From the NCBI RefSeq assembly GCF_964355755.1, contig NC_092673.1, positions 32,857,648 through 32,921,647 on the forward strand: 64,000 bases of DNA, written 5' to 3'. A program made the position numbers and the translations under genes. Positions 1-12,330 of this stretch are shown piece after piece. A model generated the notes under the pieces. The model did no database searches. It saw nothing but the letters and a program-made list of their open reading frames with translations, and had not been told where the DNA came from. Origin of the DNA: Antedon mediterranea (Eukaryota; Animalia; Echinodermata). Position 1 is the first letter of the stretch, and each line of letters opens with the position of its first letter.

Positions 1-3000
1 GAATCAGACATTAAAACTTACTCTGAACACATAGCACTAAAATCACTGTTAGACAAATACTCGGATGTTTTCTCAAAGGACGTAAACGATTTTGGCCATA
101 CTAAGGCCATATATCACCATATACCACTTATTGACAACCAACCATTTAGACTACCCTTTCGCCGCATCCCACCGTCGCAATATCAAGAAGTGCGCTCGCA
201 TATCAATGGTATGTTAGAGGCTGGCGCCATTCGACCAAGCAAAAGGCCATATGCTTCACCAATGATGATTGTTCGCAAGAAGGATGGCTCAATGCGCATA
301 TGTATCGATTTTAGAAAACTTAATTCTAAAACAGTAAGGGATGCGTTTCCAATACCCAGGATAGATGAAGTTATGGATGCTCTGGGTAAGGCCAAAATCT
401 TCTCTACATTAGATTTGACTAGCGGCTATTGGCAGGTAGAGGTAGCAGAAGAAGATAAACCAAAAACAGCATTTACAACACCAATGGGTTTATTTGAGTG
501 TAACCGAATGCCATTTGGACTCCAAAACGCACCGGCCACGTTTCAACGTTTGATGATGTCGTGCTTTGGTAACCAAAACTTTTCTACTTTGTTAATATAC
601 TTGGACGATATCATTATTTTTTCTAATAACTTTCAAGAACATTTGGAGAGACTGGAAACTGTTTTCAAACGTCTAAGAGAAAATGGTTTGAAGTTAAAGC
701 CTTCAAAATGCTCCCTCATTCAATATGAGGTTAATTATTTGGGTCACATTGTATCAGCCGAGGGAATTCATGCCGACCCTGCTAAAACAGCGCAAGTCGA
801 CAACTGGCCCACACCGGTTGACCGCAAACAAGTTCTTCAATTTTTGGAATTTACCGGCTACTACAGACGGTTTATCAGCCAGTATTCGGAGATAGCTGCG
901 CCGTTATATGCACTAACGTGCGGAGACCCACGACGAAAGAAAAAAAATGGAAGAAAGGCAATGAATGCCAAACCACCACCACCATTTGTATGGACTTCAG
1001 AATGCGACAAAGCATTTTCACTTCTTAAACACCTGTTGACAAATGCTCCAATCCTAGCGTACCCGGACTACAATTTTCCGTTTCTTTTGGAAACGGATGC
1101 TTACGGTATCGGTCTAGGTGCCGTTATTTCACAAGTACAAAATGGCACGCCAAGAGTCATTGCTTACGCAAGTCGTAGCCTTCGCCCATCTGAATCTTGC
1201 TATCCGGCGCACAAACTGGAGTTCCTGGCTCTAAAATGGGCCGTCACTAACAAATTTCGAGAGTACCTCATTGGAAATCACTTTACAGTACTGACTGATA
1301 ATAATTCGTTGTTGTACGTTCTCTCCACAGCGAAATTAGATGCGACTGGGCAACGCTGGGTGGCTGCCCTAAGCCAGTTCGATTTTGATATAAAGTATCG
1401 CCCGGGAAAAAGCAACGCAGCAGCTGACGCGTTATCTCGCAGGAAAGACGTACCGTGTGAACTGGTCACTGCGGTTCTCTCAGGATCTGCCCCTGGGAAT
1501 CCGTGTCTGTATGTCCAACCACAAATTGTACAGTGTCAGGCCCACACCAGAAGCAAATCTCGTATCGACAACACTGATGCTGCTGGGGATCCAGAGCAAG
1601 CCCCTGATGTTAACACAAATCATGGTTTTGCGCCTGTCCCAAATCTTTCGCAAGCGGACATATCCCATCTCCAGAGGGAGGACGATGTGCTTGACCGTGT
1701 GATATTCTTCCTCCGACGCAATCAAAAGCCATCAGCAGCAGAGCGTCGACTTGAACATCCGAATGTCATCTGTTTACTCAGACAATGGAATCGCCTAAAG
1801 TTAAAAAACAACATATTATATAGGACCACCAATATCAACACTGGAGAAGCATGCGATCAGCTTGTAATACCAACGTCTAAACACAAACTTGCTTTTGAAC
1901 ACCTGCATGACAACATTGGGCATTTGGGTTATGAGCGTACCATCGATATGATTCGGCGAAGATTTTATTGGCCTAAGATGGTATCCGACATTAAGACCTG
2001 GTGTGACACATGTCAACGGTGCTGTCTTCGAAAAACTTCACCAAATGTGCAACGTGCGCCCCTCGTGAATATTCACACTTACGAACCAATGGAACTACTA
2101 TGCATCGACTTCCTTGGTCTGGAACGGTCGAAAGGAGGTTATGAAAATGTTTTAGTTATCACCGATCATTTCACCCGATATGCCTTAGCGTACCCAACAC
2201 AAAACCAGACGGCTAAAACTGTTGCCAAGGTACTATTTCAGAACGTATTTAGACATTATGGTTTCCCAAAACGTATACACTCCGATCAAGGACGTAATTT
2301 TGAAAGCGCAATAATTAAATCTGTGTGCAAGGTCGCCGGAATAGCAAAGTCGCGTACTACACCCTACCACCCAATGGGTAACGGAACTACGGAGAGATTT
2401 AATAGAACACTAATCGACATGCTGGGTACACTCTCACTAGATCGTAAACAGGACTGGAAGGAATATGTTAGCGATATGGCACATGCATATAATTGTACTA
2501 AACACGATTCCACAGGTTATGCACCATTTTACTTAATGTTCGGCCGACATGCCAATCTGCCAATTGATGTAATGTTTGGACTTGATAGCGATAATCATAA
2601 TAGTGATGACGATGATTATGAGGAGTTGGTCTTACAATTTCGCGAGCGATTAAAGCTGGTCTATGACCAAGCAGCCAGATCTTCCATGAAAGCCAAAGAC
2701 AAACAGAAACACGAGTATGACAAAAAGACAACTCAAGCTCCTTTGGAATTGGGCGACCGCGTCCTTGTGCAAAAGAAACATATTATCGGGAAGCAAAAAC
2801 TCGTATAACGTTACAAATTGTCTCCAGATAGGAACCTAATGACAGCGATATCGTGTATTAAAAGTACTTAATACAGTCAGATAGGTCTCTGGTAGACTGT
2901 CGACAGTCTTCCACGTTGAGTGTACTAACAGCTACAGAATCGGGTGGGAAACCCTATATGTCGTGTTGTTCAAACATCCAAATATTCCAGTGTACAAAGT

Positions 3001-3137
3001 TGAAAACGCGGATGGTCGTCAGCGGACATTACATAGAAATCTACTGACTCCATGTATGTTTTTGCCAATTGGACTCCGACCCCAGACCAAAGCGCTCCAC
3101 CCTCACCAAATGCCGATGCCAGCACCAGAAACATAGT
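1..3137 (+). mobile_element. pol: Ty3/Gypsy LTR retrotransposon pol (RT-RNaseH-integrase), 5' part outside the window
   Basis: Frame is open from base 1 to 2808. Motifs: LDLTSGYWQV, MPFGLQNAPATFQR and YLDD (RT); ETDAY...ELLAL-like KLEFLAL (RNase H); H-H-C-C zinc finger; IDF/DQG/E integrase triad. The C-terminus WETLYVV...RTLHRNLLTPC resumes at ~2945 after a short insertion. Confidence 0.95.
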
Positions 3138-3425
3138 ACCATCTCATTGTCTTTCGCTAAACCCATACGCATCTCCGTTTGTATCGTTGTCGCCGCCAAA
3201 TAAACGATTTGTAAATAATATAGATACATTGGATAATACACTCATACTTCAATCCTCTCAAACACTGACTATTATGTTTGAATATGACTTGGATTAAAGT
3301 GAACACTGGAACACTTTTTACAATTTTTTTCACTGAATTTTTGGACACGTTCATATGACTATTTGATGACATGTAATTGTTTGAACTTATATTATATATT
3401 ATGTATTTTCATGAACTACTTGATT

Positions 3426-3461
3426 AACGTCGGGGGCGACGTTTCAGATGGGAGGGGTGAG
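3426..3461 (+). mobile_element. Hairpin plus polypurine tract at the 3' end of the Gypsy internal region
   Basis: aacgtcg-gggg-cgacgtt stem-loop, then agatgggaggggtgag, followed by TG at 3462 (probable 3' LTR start; LTR end not resolved). Confidence 0.55.
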
Positions 3462-3776
3462 TGAGATGTCATCCCTTCCAATCGCCTATTGAACTTAATT
3501 GATATACTTTACGTATTTAATTAAAGTAACTTAAAAAAAATGTATAAACAAAGCATAATGAAGGTAGTATTACCGTATACTGTAGTTAAGTGGTTACCCA
3601 TAGTGATGGTATTGTAGTACCGGTAGTAATTTAAATCATTACTTATGTTTATTTATCGTTTCATACCGAGTAAGTATTTACTAGGTCAATTTGAGTCTGA
3701 ACAGCAAGTACTGCGCTGTACAATTTCATTTTAGAATGGAATGTATCTTATATTTTATAGTATTCATGATGTAATG

Positions 3777-3822
3777 AGACAGTTAATAATAGACAGTTAA
3801 TAATAGACAGTTTGCCATGGTT
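3777..3822 (+). repeat. Short tandem repeat (agacagttaataat) x~2.5
   Basis: Read directly from the sequence. Confidence 0.8.
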
Positions 3823-4061
3823 GGTAATATGTGACTGTTTCAGGTGGTAATGAACCGCACTACTAATAAGTTTGTTTTATACAGTATTATCATAGATAAG
3901 TTTTGTTTATTTTGATGTTTCCTCATTTTATGCTTTTTTAATAGTTTGTAGAGTTTGTAGGTTTAGTCTAATTCCTAATTAAGACTAGATTATTCGGCAA
4001 GTCTCCCTCGGTTTTGAAGCAGGCGAACGTCGTGGACGACGTTCGAGGAAGGAGGGGTGGA

Positions 4062-4470
4062 TGTAGCGATACACTAAAAGCAGTATTATTATTTTATTGT
4101 ATTTAAGTTCATATTTACTTAGTAGCTTGTATATCCTCAATGATCATGCCTTAGTTTGATTTTACACATTCCAATCTCTGAATTAATTAAGACTGTACCT
4201 CCTTTATCTAGGTTTCCATAACAACTGGTCCATTTTGTGGGTTTTGTGGTGGGGAATAAGAAAGTTTTATAGCCTGTGTTATCTAGAAATACTGTGAAAT
4301 TGGATAGATGAGTCAGATCTGTGTAGTTAGTATTGAGTTTTAAAAGTAAGCAGTTGTGTTATAATTAATAAAAGCATTTTGTATTGGAATTCTGTGTTTT
4401 ATCGATTTTGTAGCTGAAATTGAGAACCTGGGTTTAAGTTATTATTGTCATTATTTTGTGAAGAGCTACA
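4062..4470 (+). mobile_element. Gypsy-type 3' LTR (~409 bp) preceded by hairpin and PPT
   Basis: PPT gaggaaggaggggtgga directly precedes TGTAGC (4062). The element ends in GCTACA (4470), giving a 6-bp terminal inverted repeat. AATAAA near 4366. Confidence 0.75.
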
Positions 4471-7274
4471 TATACACCATTGTGATCCAGCCACTGATTG
4501 TGATGTTTTCAGTAATTTTCCTTTTCATTTAACAAAGTTCCAAATAACTGAATATACTTTACTATCAAAATTCTCTCAACGTCTCTTATCCTTTATCACC
4601 AAACTGGTGTTGTACACTATAAAACAGAATGTTTTTATTAGTATTATTGCATGTGCACTGTCTAGAATAACAGGCCTGACAAATATCAGCATCTGCCTTA
4701 CCGAAATATGCCAAATGTGTGAGACTTATTTGAATTGAGTAAGGCACCTAATGGTCAACGCCCATTGCTTAAAACTACAGATTATATTTTTATATTATAA
4801 TAGCACTAAGCTAAAATGTGTTCCTCTCAATCTCCTCCCAAACCGTCCATCCAATACAAGCGAAGTTCAAGTTCGGTTCAAGTTCTGGGGCACCTTTTAA
4901 TTCCCCTTTATTCATTAAGCTAAATTAGAACAGAAAATTTGTACAAAAAATGTGTTTTTAGGCCAATTTAGGCAAAAATGCTGCGTTCGGTAATTCTTGG
5001 CCATTTTCCTATGTCACGATTAGGCTAGGTTATGTTTCTTGTTAATTACTATTCCTAAGCTGCTATAGGCAGTAGCTGAATGCGGGATTATTTGGCCCAG
5101 GTGTGACGGGACGATTCGGCCCAATTTTAGGCGGCCCATATAATGCTTGTTGACTAAAGAGAGGCTTCTAATTCCATTAGCTTCCTGTGTAAGTTTATGA
5201 TATGAAATATTGTAAAGTACATTACATTTTGTTTTGTTATTTAGGGGGATTTTTAATTGTTTGTTTTATGGTATTTATTTTCGAGGGGTGTAGGAAGGAG
5301 GTACAAACAAGGAGGATAAATCATATATTTACTTCTTTAATTAGGCCTATACACTACCAGACACCATCAGAAAACATACATTGTTGTTCATCCTAAAGAC
5401 AAATCACCAAACATTTTTACCACCACAAATTAGGACATTCAACTGAACAACAGGAGACTGCAGGAATATTCAACCAGATTCAACTAAGTCACTGTTCTCC
5501 AATCGGAAATGATATTAACATACTTTGGAAGCTTTTACAAAACATTATTATTATTAATCAATACAATACAATAATAAACATATATTATTTTAATATATTT
5601 ACACAAACAAAACAAGAACACAGATACAGATGTATATTAAAAATTAATATATTAACAAGATTCTGTTTTTTTCTTGACCGATGTTTTTAAAACATTCATT
5701 TTACTACAGTGAGCACTAATATTATTTTCGATCTCTGCAAATTTGTATTTAAAATTACTTGATTTTAAAATTCAAGCAAAATAAACACTGAAATAGAATG
5801 AAAAATATGCCCATTAACTTTATCTTCCTTTTCTAATATAAATATGGTATATCGTACCTCTTCGCACTATACATCCATGATGTGTGCATACTTCATTGTA
5901 GGACTACTATATTATTGTAACCTCTTTGATTCCCGAACCTTAAAGCTCAGGTACAGGCATGAATTTTAAATATAATATCTGATTAATTGTACATAGATCA
6001 AATATTTGTAACAGAAATCAAGACAAAAAACATGAATTTCCATTAATATGGTCAAATACAAAATTTGGCAAAATTCTGCCATAAAAACAAGTAGTTACGT
6101 AATAACATGTCTGGTGACTCCCTAGTAGGTGAAAACAGATGGTGGATATACGGTGGATAATTTTTGCTATAGCATGAAAATAAAAATCTGAAGTTGAATA
6201 AAAAATCCAGAAATGTTAAATACAAGTTATATTCCTATTATTTAGTCATCTGATAACATTTTTTACCACACCGTTTTTTATAGCTTTTTAAAATGCCTCT
6301 CTATTTACAAAATTTGTGTACAAAAGAATAGAGATTTTACTGTGTAATTTGAACTATCCCCCCACTGATAAGAAAGTGCTTATTTTCAATAAGCTCGTGT
6401 AACACAAATAAAATCCAAAACATTATGAAACATAGAGGAAACTATAGATCGATATTTATTGGAATGTATGATCAATAGAATTTTTTTGCTCGCACCTGGC
6501 ATTTAAGAACAATTCCCATGCTTTGTGTATAATCTAACACACAAAACACACAATCTCTCTTGTTGTTGTAGTATACTGTAGATTAGGAATACTAATATTT
6601 TTTTAACAAATTAAACTTTTAGAATTTTTATTTTAAAATCTGAAATTAATGTCAAAAAAGTAAATAGTTAAACAATTTCATTATCGTGCACATGTGCATT
6701 GGATAAACGGCATTACACTCATCCAAAGGACATGGGAATTAATGAGAGTAAAGTATCTTGCCTAAGGATTATCTGCCAATCAAATGGACAGTAGTACTGA
6801 AATTGAAATTACTAGTTACTTCAAATATGAATTTCTCCTCCGACAAAAATCGACCTCTCTCATTCATGCTCATCGAAGTCTCCGAAAGGTAGGTGTTTAC
6901 ATAGGCAGAATTAGAGCAAACGATACTGATCACCCTTGTAGTGCTCACCCAGATTAGCTTTTAAATCCCTGAAACTCATATTAGAACTTGCCATTTTATT
7001 GCATTTTTGTTTTGCTACAAAAAAATATTTTAGAAGTTGCAGTGATGTTGCCAGCAACATTAGCTCACATTTTATTGTCTCAGTCATCACTGAAATTAAA
7101 AATAAAGTTGTGTTTACTGATTCATGTTTTCGAATAAAATCTTCCATAAAAATGTATCCATAACAATTTTTGCTTTCATTAGTTATAACAAAGCAAGATA
7201 AACGATTACTTTGTAATGATTCTAAACACAAGATCGGTGTACTCGCCCTGGGGTAATTAAACCGAAAGTTAGTT

Positions 7275-8686
7275 TAATTTATTTATTTGGAATTACACCT
7301 TTAGATCGGTGGCACACTTAGCACAAAGGTACATCTTTCACAATAACAATATAAAATATAACAATTAATGAATTACATAAAGAAAAGTATAAAGGCAAAA
7401 ACAACTATCAACCCCTACTCTAACCCCCACCCCCAAACCCCCAATTTACATCGATACATACAGTAGATCATTACTTTACACAAATGAATACAAAACAAAA
7501 TATATTAAAAGTGTATTAAATAAAATCAACTGATAAACACAGCTTATTACGAAAACGCACCAAACCTCTCCCCCCACCCCTTTTCAATTTCGCTAATTAA
7601 GCAATGTAGACAACATAGTTATTGAGTCATAGAATTCAGTGAATCATTTCGAAATGTCCATGCTCTTTTTAGGTATCTTTTACAAAAACTATCCAAAATA
7701 TTTTCACACTCTTCATCAATTAAATTATCTGAGTATCCCAAAATATATTTAAGTTTGTCATTTTCATGAGAAGTATAAAATGTTGATTGCTTTTAATTTG
7801 TACCAACTTTATTATTATGTAAGTATAGTAGTTGAACTACTTATTCAGTGAGACTAGATCTCTTATTCGTCATGTTATTTTGCTTTGGATGCACCGTTAG
7901 GTATTGTCTAACGTGTGCCACTGTTACACAAGTGATTCCATTAAATTGTATTGTATTGTAAAACGCGCCATTTGGAGCTGGAGACGCCCTAGTAATTATC
8001 TATATCTATTCTACTTAAAGAGCACCATACTGAACAACCATAGTTGATAGATGGGAAACATAATATACTCTGTTAAAGTTATCAAAGCTACTGATAATTT
8101 ATTTAACGTACGCTATTAATCTTTGACCTTTTTTTATAACATTCTCAACTTGTATATGGTCATTTAATTTACGAGAAATATGTACACCGAGATATTTATA
8201 TGATTCAGTTTCAGATATAAAGCCATTAACTAATTTCCATTGTCTTACTTTATCAACACGTTTACCAGTTATCAGTATATTTGACTTTTCAAAATTAAAA
8301 CATAATTTCTATACCTTAACATTCTTTCATTTCTTGTTCATTGTTAGCTAATAACACAATATCATCAGCCCAAAAAAGGCTACCCATCCATGTATCATTT
8401 ACTCTAATACCTATATCATTGGATCTTAACATTTTGGTAAACTCATTTATGTAGATGCTAAATAGAACAGGTGATAAAACGCACCCTTGTTTGACTCATT
8501 GATCAATATCAAAGATATCTGTATCAATCAGACTTTACCTTTAACATTAGCATAAAGCTTATCAATCATCCTCCATACCTTTCTCTTATTCCTGTATTTC
8601 AAATCGATTTCACTAAGCCGTCTCTCCATACACTATCAAATGCTTTTCGAAAGTCCAAGAAGGCCATGTGTGTGTGCTTACCCTGT
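7275..8686 (-). mobile_element. Degenerate non-LTR retrotransposon (LINE) RT and 3' end
   Basis: Minus-strand manual translation gives MAFLDFRKAFDSVWRDGL, GVKQGCVLSPVLFSIYINE and FWADDIVLLA, broken by stops and frameshifts. The 3' boundary is approximate. Confidence 0.8.
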
Positions 8687-9649
8687 TGTAAGCGACAAAC
8701 GTATCTATACGCAGGTCGAAAGCCTCTGGACTCCGAAAGACTTGTCTTCAAGATAGAGCGAGATATCGATATCCCTCGATAATTATTGAGATCGTTGCAA
8801 TCTCCTATTTGTATTATTATCAGTGCAGTTCCTATTAGTAATTTTATTATTTTAACCCATGTTCTGTATTCTAGCGACGCAAATTTTCCTTTTTTTGATG
8901 ACCCCCTCTATCTCTTTGTCAAACCATGGTTTGTTTTTATTATTTACATGTCTAATTCCGATACATACTGTTCAATTACAGAGCTACCTACTTCCTACAC
9001 AGCCATTACGTAATCCAACTATCCTACATACCCATATTAATTTTAGTAAGTACGGTATTATTACGTTTATTCCTTAAGTGGCAGGAATTTCAAACGCCAT
9101 CTTGGATTTGAATAAATGCATACCTTTGTGCTATTTGTTATACTGGTAGGCATGAGCAAGGAACCTAATCGTAAATAGTGTGCAGAGATGTGGCAATCTT
9201 CATTATTATATAATATAATATGAAGAGGTAGACCTATTAGCTTTTGCGTAAAGACTAGCACACACAAGGGTGAACAAATAATATATCTATAAATGCATCT
9301 TGTAACTTATTTCACTGATTATCTGTACGGTTAATATAAAAAAGAAATTAACTTACAATTTAAACACTTGCCAATATAAATAATATCAGTGTGTGTTTTA
9401 CGTTTACCGCCGCCATCATCATACAACCACCATCCATTTTAACCTACGTTATTCAGTTTATAAGCTTGTTGTTGTACAGCAGCAGAAACTTGAATTATAC
9501 GGATCTTTTGTACAAAATACCTGAACCATAATAAATGTATAGCGACATAGATTGATTACCTATACTTCTAATTGTTATGCATATTATTCACCTTTTTGTT
9601 ATTGAATCATAAAAATACATTTTAAAGCCAAAGTGCTTTAATTAGCAAT

Positions 9650-10476
9650 AATAAGGAAAATGGATAGGAGAAATCATTTGACATAGAAAATCAAAAGATG
9701 CCACGTTACACATTTACATATTTACTTAACAATATAATAATGAATGACATAATGAAGGAGAATATAATAATTATTACCAATGAAAGCTAGTGTTACCATT
9801 ACTATCACAGAAACAAAATGGATTAATTGAATATATAGGGCTAATGAATGCCATACCACAATCATGGAAGGAAATTATTTTGAATGGTGAACATGTAAAT
9901 AATCAAACAAACACCGATTGCTTTTGGCTTCATACAAAACAACTTAATGCAAAACTATTTTATATTTTATTTGTGGAAAATATAATATCAACTCCTATAG
10001 CACAAGAAAAATGGGAGATAGAATTTCAAAATTACACTTTTGCATGGGATACCGTATGGTATAACAAGGTGTTTTCTATGAAACATATCACAAAAGTCGC
10101 GCAATTCAATTTCAAACTACTACATCGTATTCTTGCGTGTAAAAGTAAGTTAAAAGTTTGGAAACTTTCTATAAATGACATATGTGAAAGATGTAATAGT
10201 GAAATTGAAAATGAAAAACATTTGTTATTTTCATGTAATAAGATTAAACCCATATGGATTGTATTTAAGTTTTTGATCTCAAACTGTTTTGTACAAAAGA
10301 TTGATATAACCTGGCATAATATTGTTAAAGGATCGGAAACGAAAACTGTAAATGAACTTATTTCAATATTTACTTTTTGCATTTATAAATCGTGTTTAGT
10401 AATAAGAAAAGAAAAGAAACAAAATCAGTATCTTGAAAATATTCTTTTTTCCAAATCAATAATTAGTAAAAACTAA
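9650..10476 (+). mobile_element. L1/Tx1-clade LINE ORF2 C-terminal fragment (zf-RVT)
   Basis: ORF 9790-10476 contains FNFKLLHRIL...CERC...ENEKHLLFSC, the CCHC zinc-binding motif of L1/Tx1 ORF2. Confidence 0.85.
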
Positions 10477-10520
10477 CCTTGACAGTTTCGCTGTCCTGAT
10501 CGGACAACTTCTTCAGAAAT
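10477..10520 (-). ncRNA. Minimal type I hammerhead ribozyme in the Penelope 3' region
   Basis: Minus strand reads ttt-CTGAAGA-a-gttgtcc-gatca-ggacagc-GAAAC-t-GTC-aag: conserved core, 7-bp stem II, vestigial stem III, GUC cleavage triplet. Stem I is weak. Confidence 0.7.
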
Positions 10521-11070
10521 AATGACGATCTATCATCAAACAGACTGACCTCTAGAGGGCCTATTCTGTTTAATAACAGGGTCATACACGTGACTGAGTT
10601 GGTGGGTGCCCTCGTCTCTGTTGATGATTTGGTTTCCTCGTCTGCGGATCCAGATGGCTTCTCTGATGCGTCGGTTGTTTGTATCTGGTTCCCTGTCGAT
10701 GATTTTAGGTTGTGTCCAGTCTATTATGTGATTTAGCTTGACGGCATGATCTGCTATAGCTGATTTGCTCAGTTCATTTTTTGATTCTCTATGTGATGTA
10801 GCAGGACTTTCGGAGCGAGTTAGTAAAGTGTTTAAGGAGTTTGGCATCAACACAGCTATGAAACCCCACACTTCATTACGCCAACTACTTGTCCACCCAA
10901 AAGACCAAGTTGACAAATTGAAAGGTGCTAATTGCGTCTACGAAAACTCTAATTGTGATCACACCTACATTGGAGAAACGGGTCGTTGTTTTGGCACAAG
11001 GTTAAAAGAACATAGAAAAGAAACAGAAAAGATAACCCAACAGAGAAAGAACTTCACTCGTCAATAAGAA
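10477..11070. mobile_element. Penelope-like element fragment; GIY-YIG endonuclease split by an internal inversion
   Basis: Plus strand ~10794-11067 encodes CVYENSNCDHTYIGETGRCFGTRLKEH. Minus strand ~10793-10536 encodes SAIADHAVKLNHIIDW...RRIREAIWIR...INRDEG. Confidence 0.9.
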
Positions 11071-11765
11071 CACAAATAAGATAGTTTAACAAGAAAATTT
11101 TAATCATGTATTTTACCGCCATTCATTCATTTCTACATTTTAATTAACATCGTATCTAACATTTTAAATGAGAAAATATAGGCCTATGGTTAATACTGAA
11201 TTCTGGCATCTTATTATGTAAATATACCGGTATTTTAACTACTCTAAACACTTACTTTTAATTGTCACAAATGTACTTATTATGTATATAATATATTCAT
11301 CAATGAGAATTTAAATAAACGTGAGAAGAACTCACACAAGACAAAAAAAACCCAATATAATAACATATTGATTTAATACATCCTTATTAAAACTGTTAGG
11401 GTGCAAATAACACATTATTCAAAAGTATTCAAACAAAACATAATCTTATAATGCAATATACCATTTTATACTATATATCTATATTATATCGAATCTCTTT
11501 TTAATACTGAATATCAATCTTTATATCGTTTTAGCTCTGTAATATAAATTTTCTCTGTATACATGTTTGTTTTATCTAGATTTCAACACAATATCAAAAT
11601 ATTTTATATAATCTCTTAACCTCTGTCTGTGTAATATCACTTAAATATTCATTGATAAATAGATAGATAGACATATATACTGTAACCATTCACCATATTG
11701 TTTATCATTGCAATAAAAGTGGGTTGCCCCCACAAAAGAGAAAAAAATAACAAATTTAAACCAAA

Positions 11766-12330
11766 CTAAAGCCAGGTGCAGCGGCGCGCGGAAACGATTT
11801 TTGATTCGGGCCATGCAGCCGCGGTATCACTGTGGATACTGTCACGATTTGGAATACAGGGATAATAAGGTATGGAGGATGGTTGAACTAAAGATAGTAA
11901 GGACACTAAAGATATTGTTAACAGTGCCATAAGCAAGACATTTAAAGTATGTCGGATGACCCTCTCCAGCATTGCGTTTAGTGTATCCACGATGGAAAAC
12001 CAATAGGATGAGAAACTCGTTTCTTCCTACTGCAATGATGCAATTAAATGAAACCTGGAAACGATCATGTTATGCTCATGTACTCTTACACACACCAACC
12101 TTGCTTGTATTTTGTATTTTAAACGATGTATTTTATCTGTATTTTGTATTTTAAATGATGTATTTTATCTGTATTTTACCAAATTATAACCTTTTTAACT
12201 CGGTTTTATATTTTTATGTGAATTTTTAACTCTGAACAAACGAAAATAATTCAAACCACGTACTATATTTTACTGTGTTTGACCATGAATAAATGAAATT
12301 GAGAATTGAGAAATTAAGAATTTTGAATTT
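11766..12330 (+). mobile_element. LINE ORF2 extreme 3' remnant with 3' UTR and short-repeat tail
   Basis: QVQRRA...RLVYPRWKTNRMRNSFLPTAM resembles a LINE ORF2 C-terminus. It is followed by a T-rich UTR, AATAAA and (gaaatt)-like repeats. Confidence 0.5.

Noticed and set aside
8687-9357. Possible solo LTR (TGTAAG..CTTACA)
   Set aside because: Flanks do not form a TSD and there is no second copy in the window.
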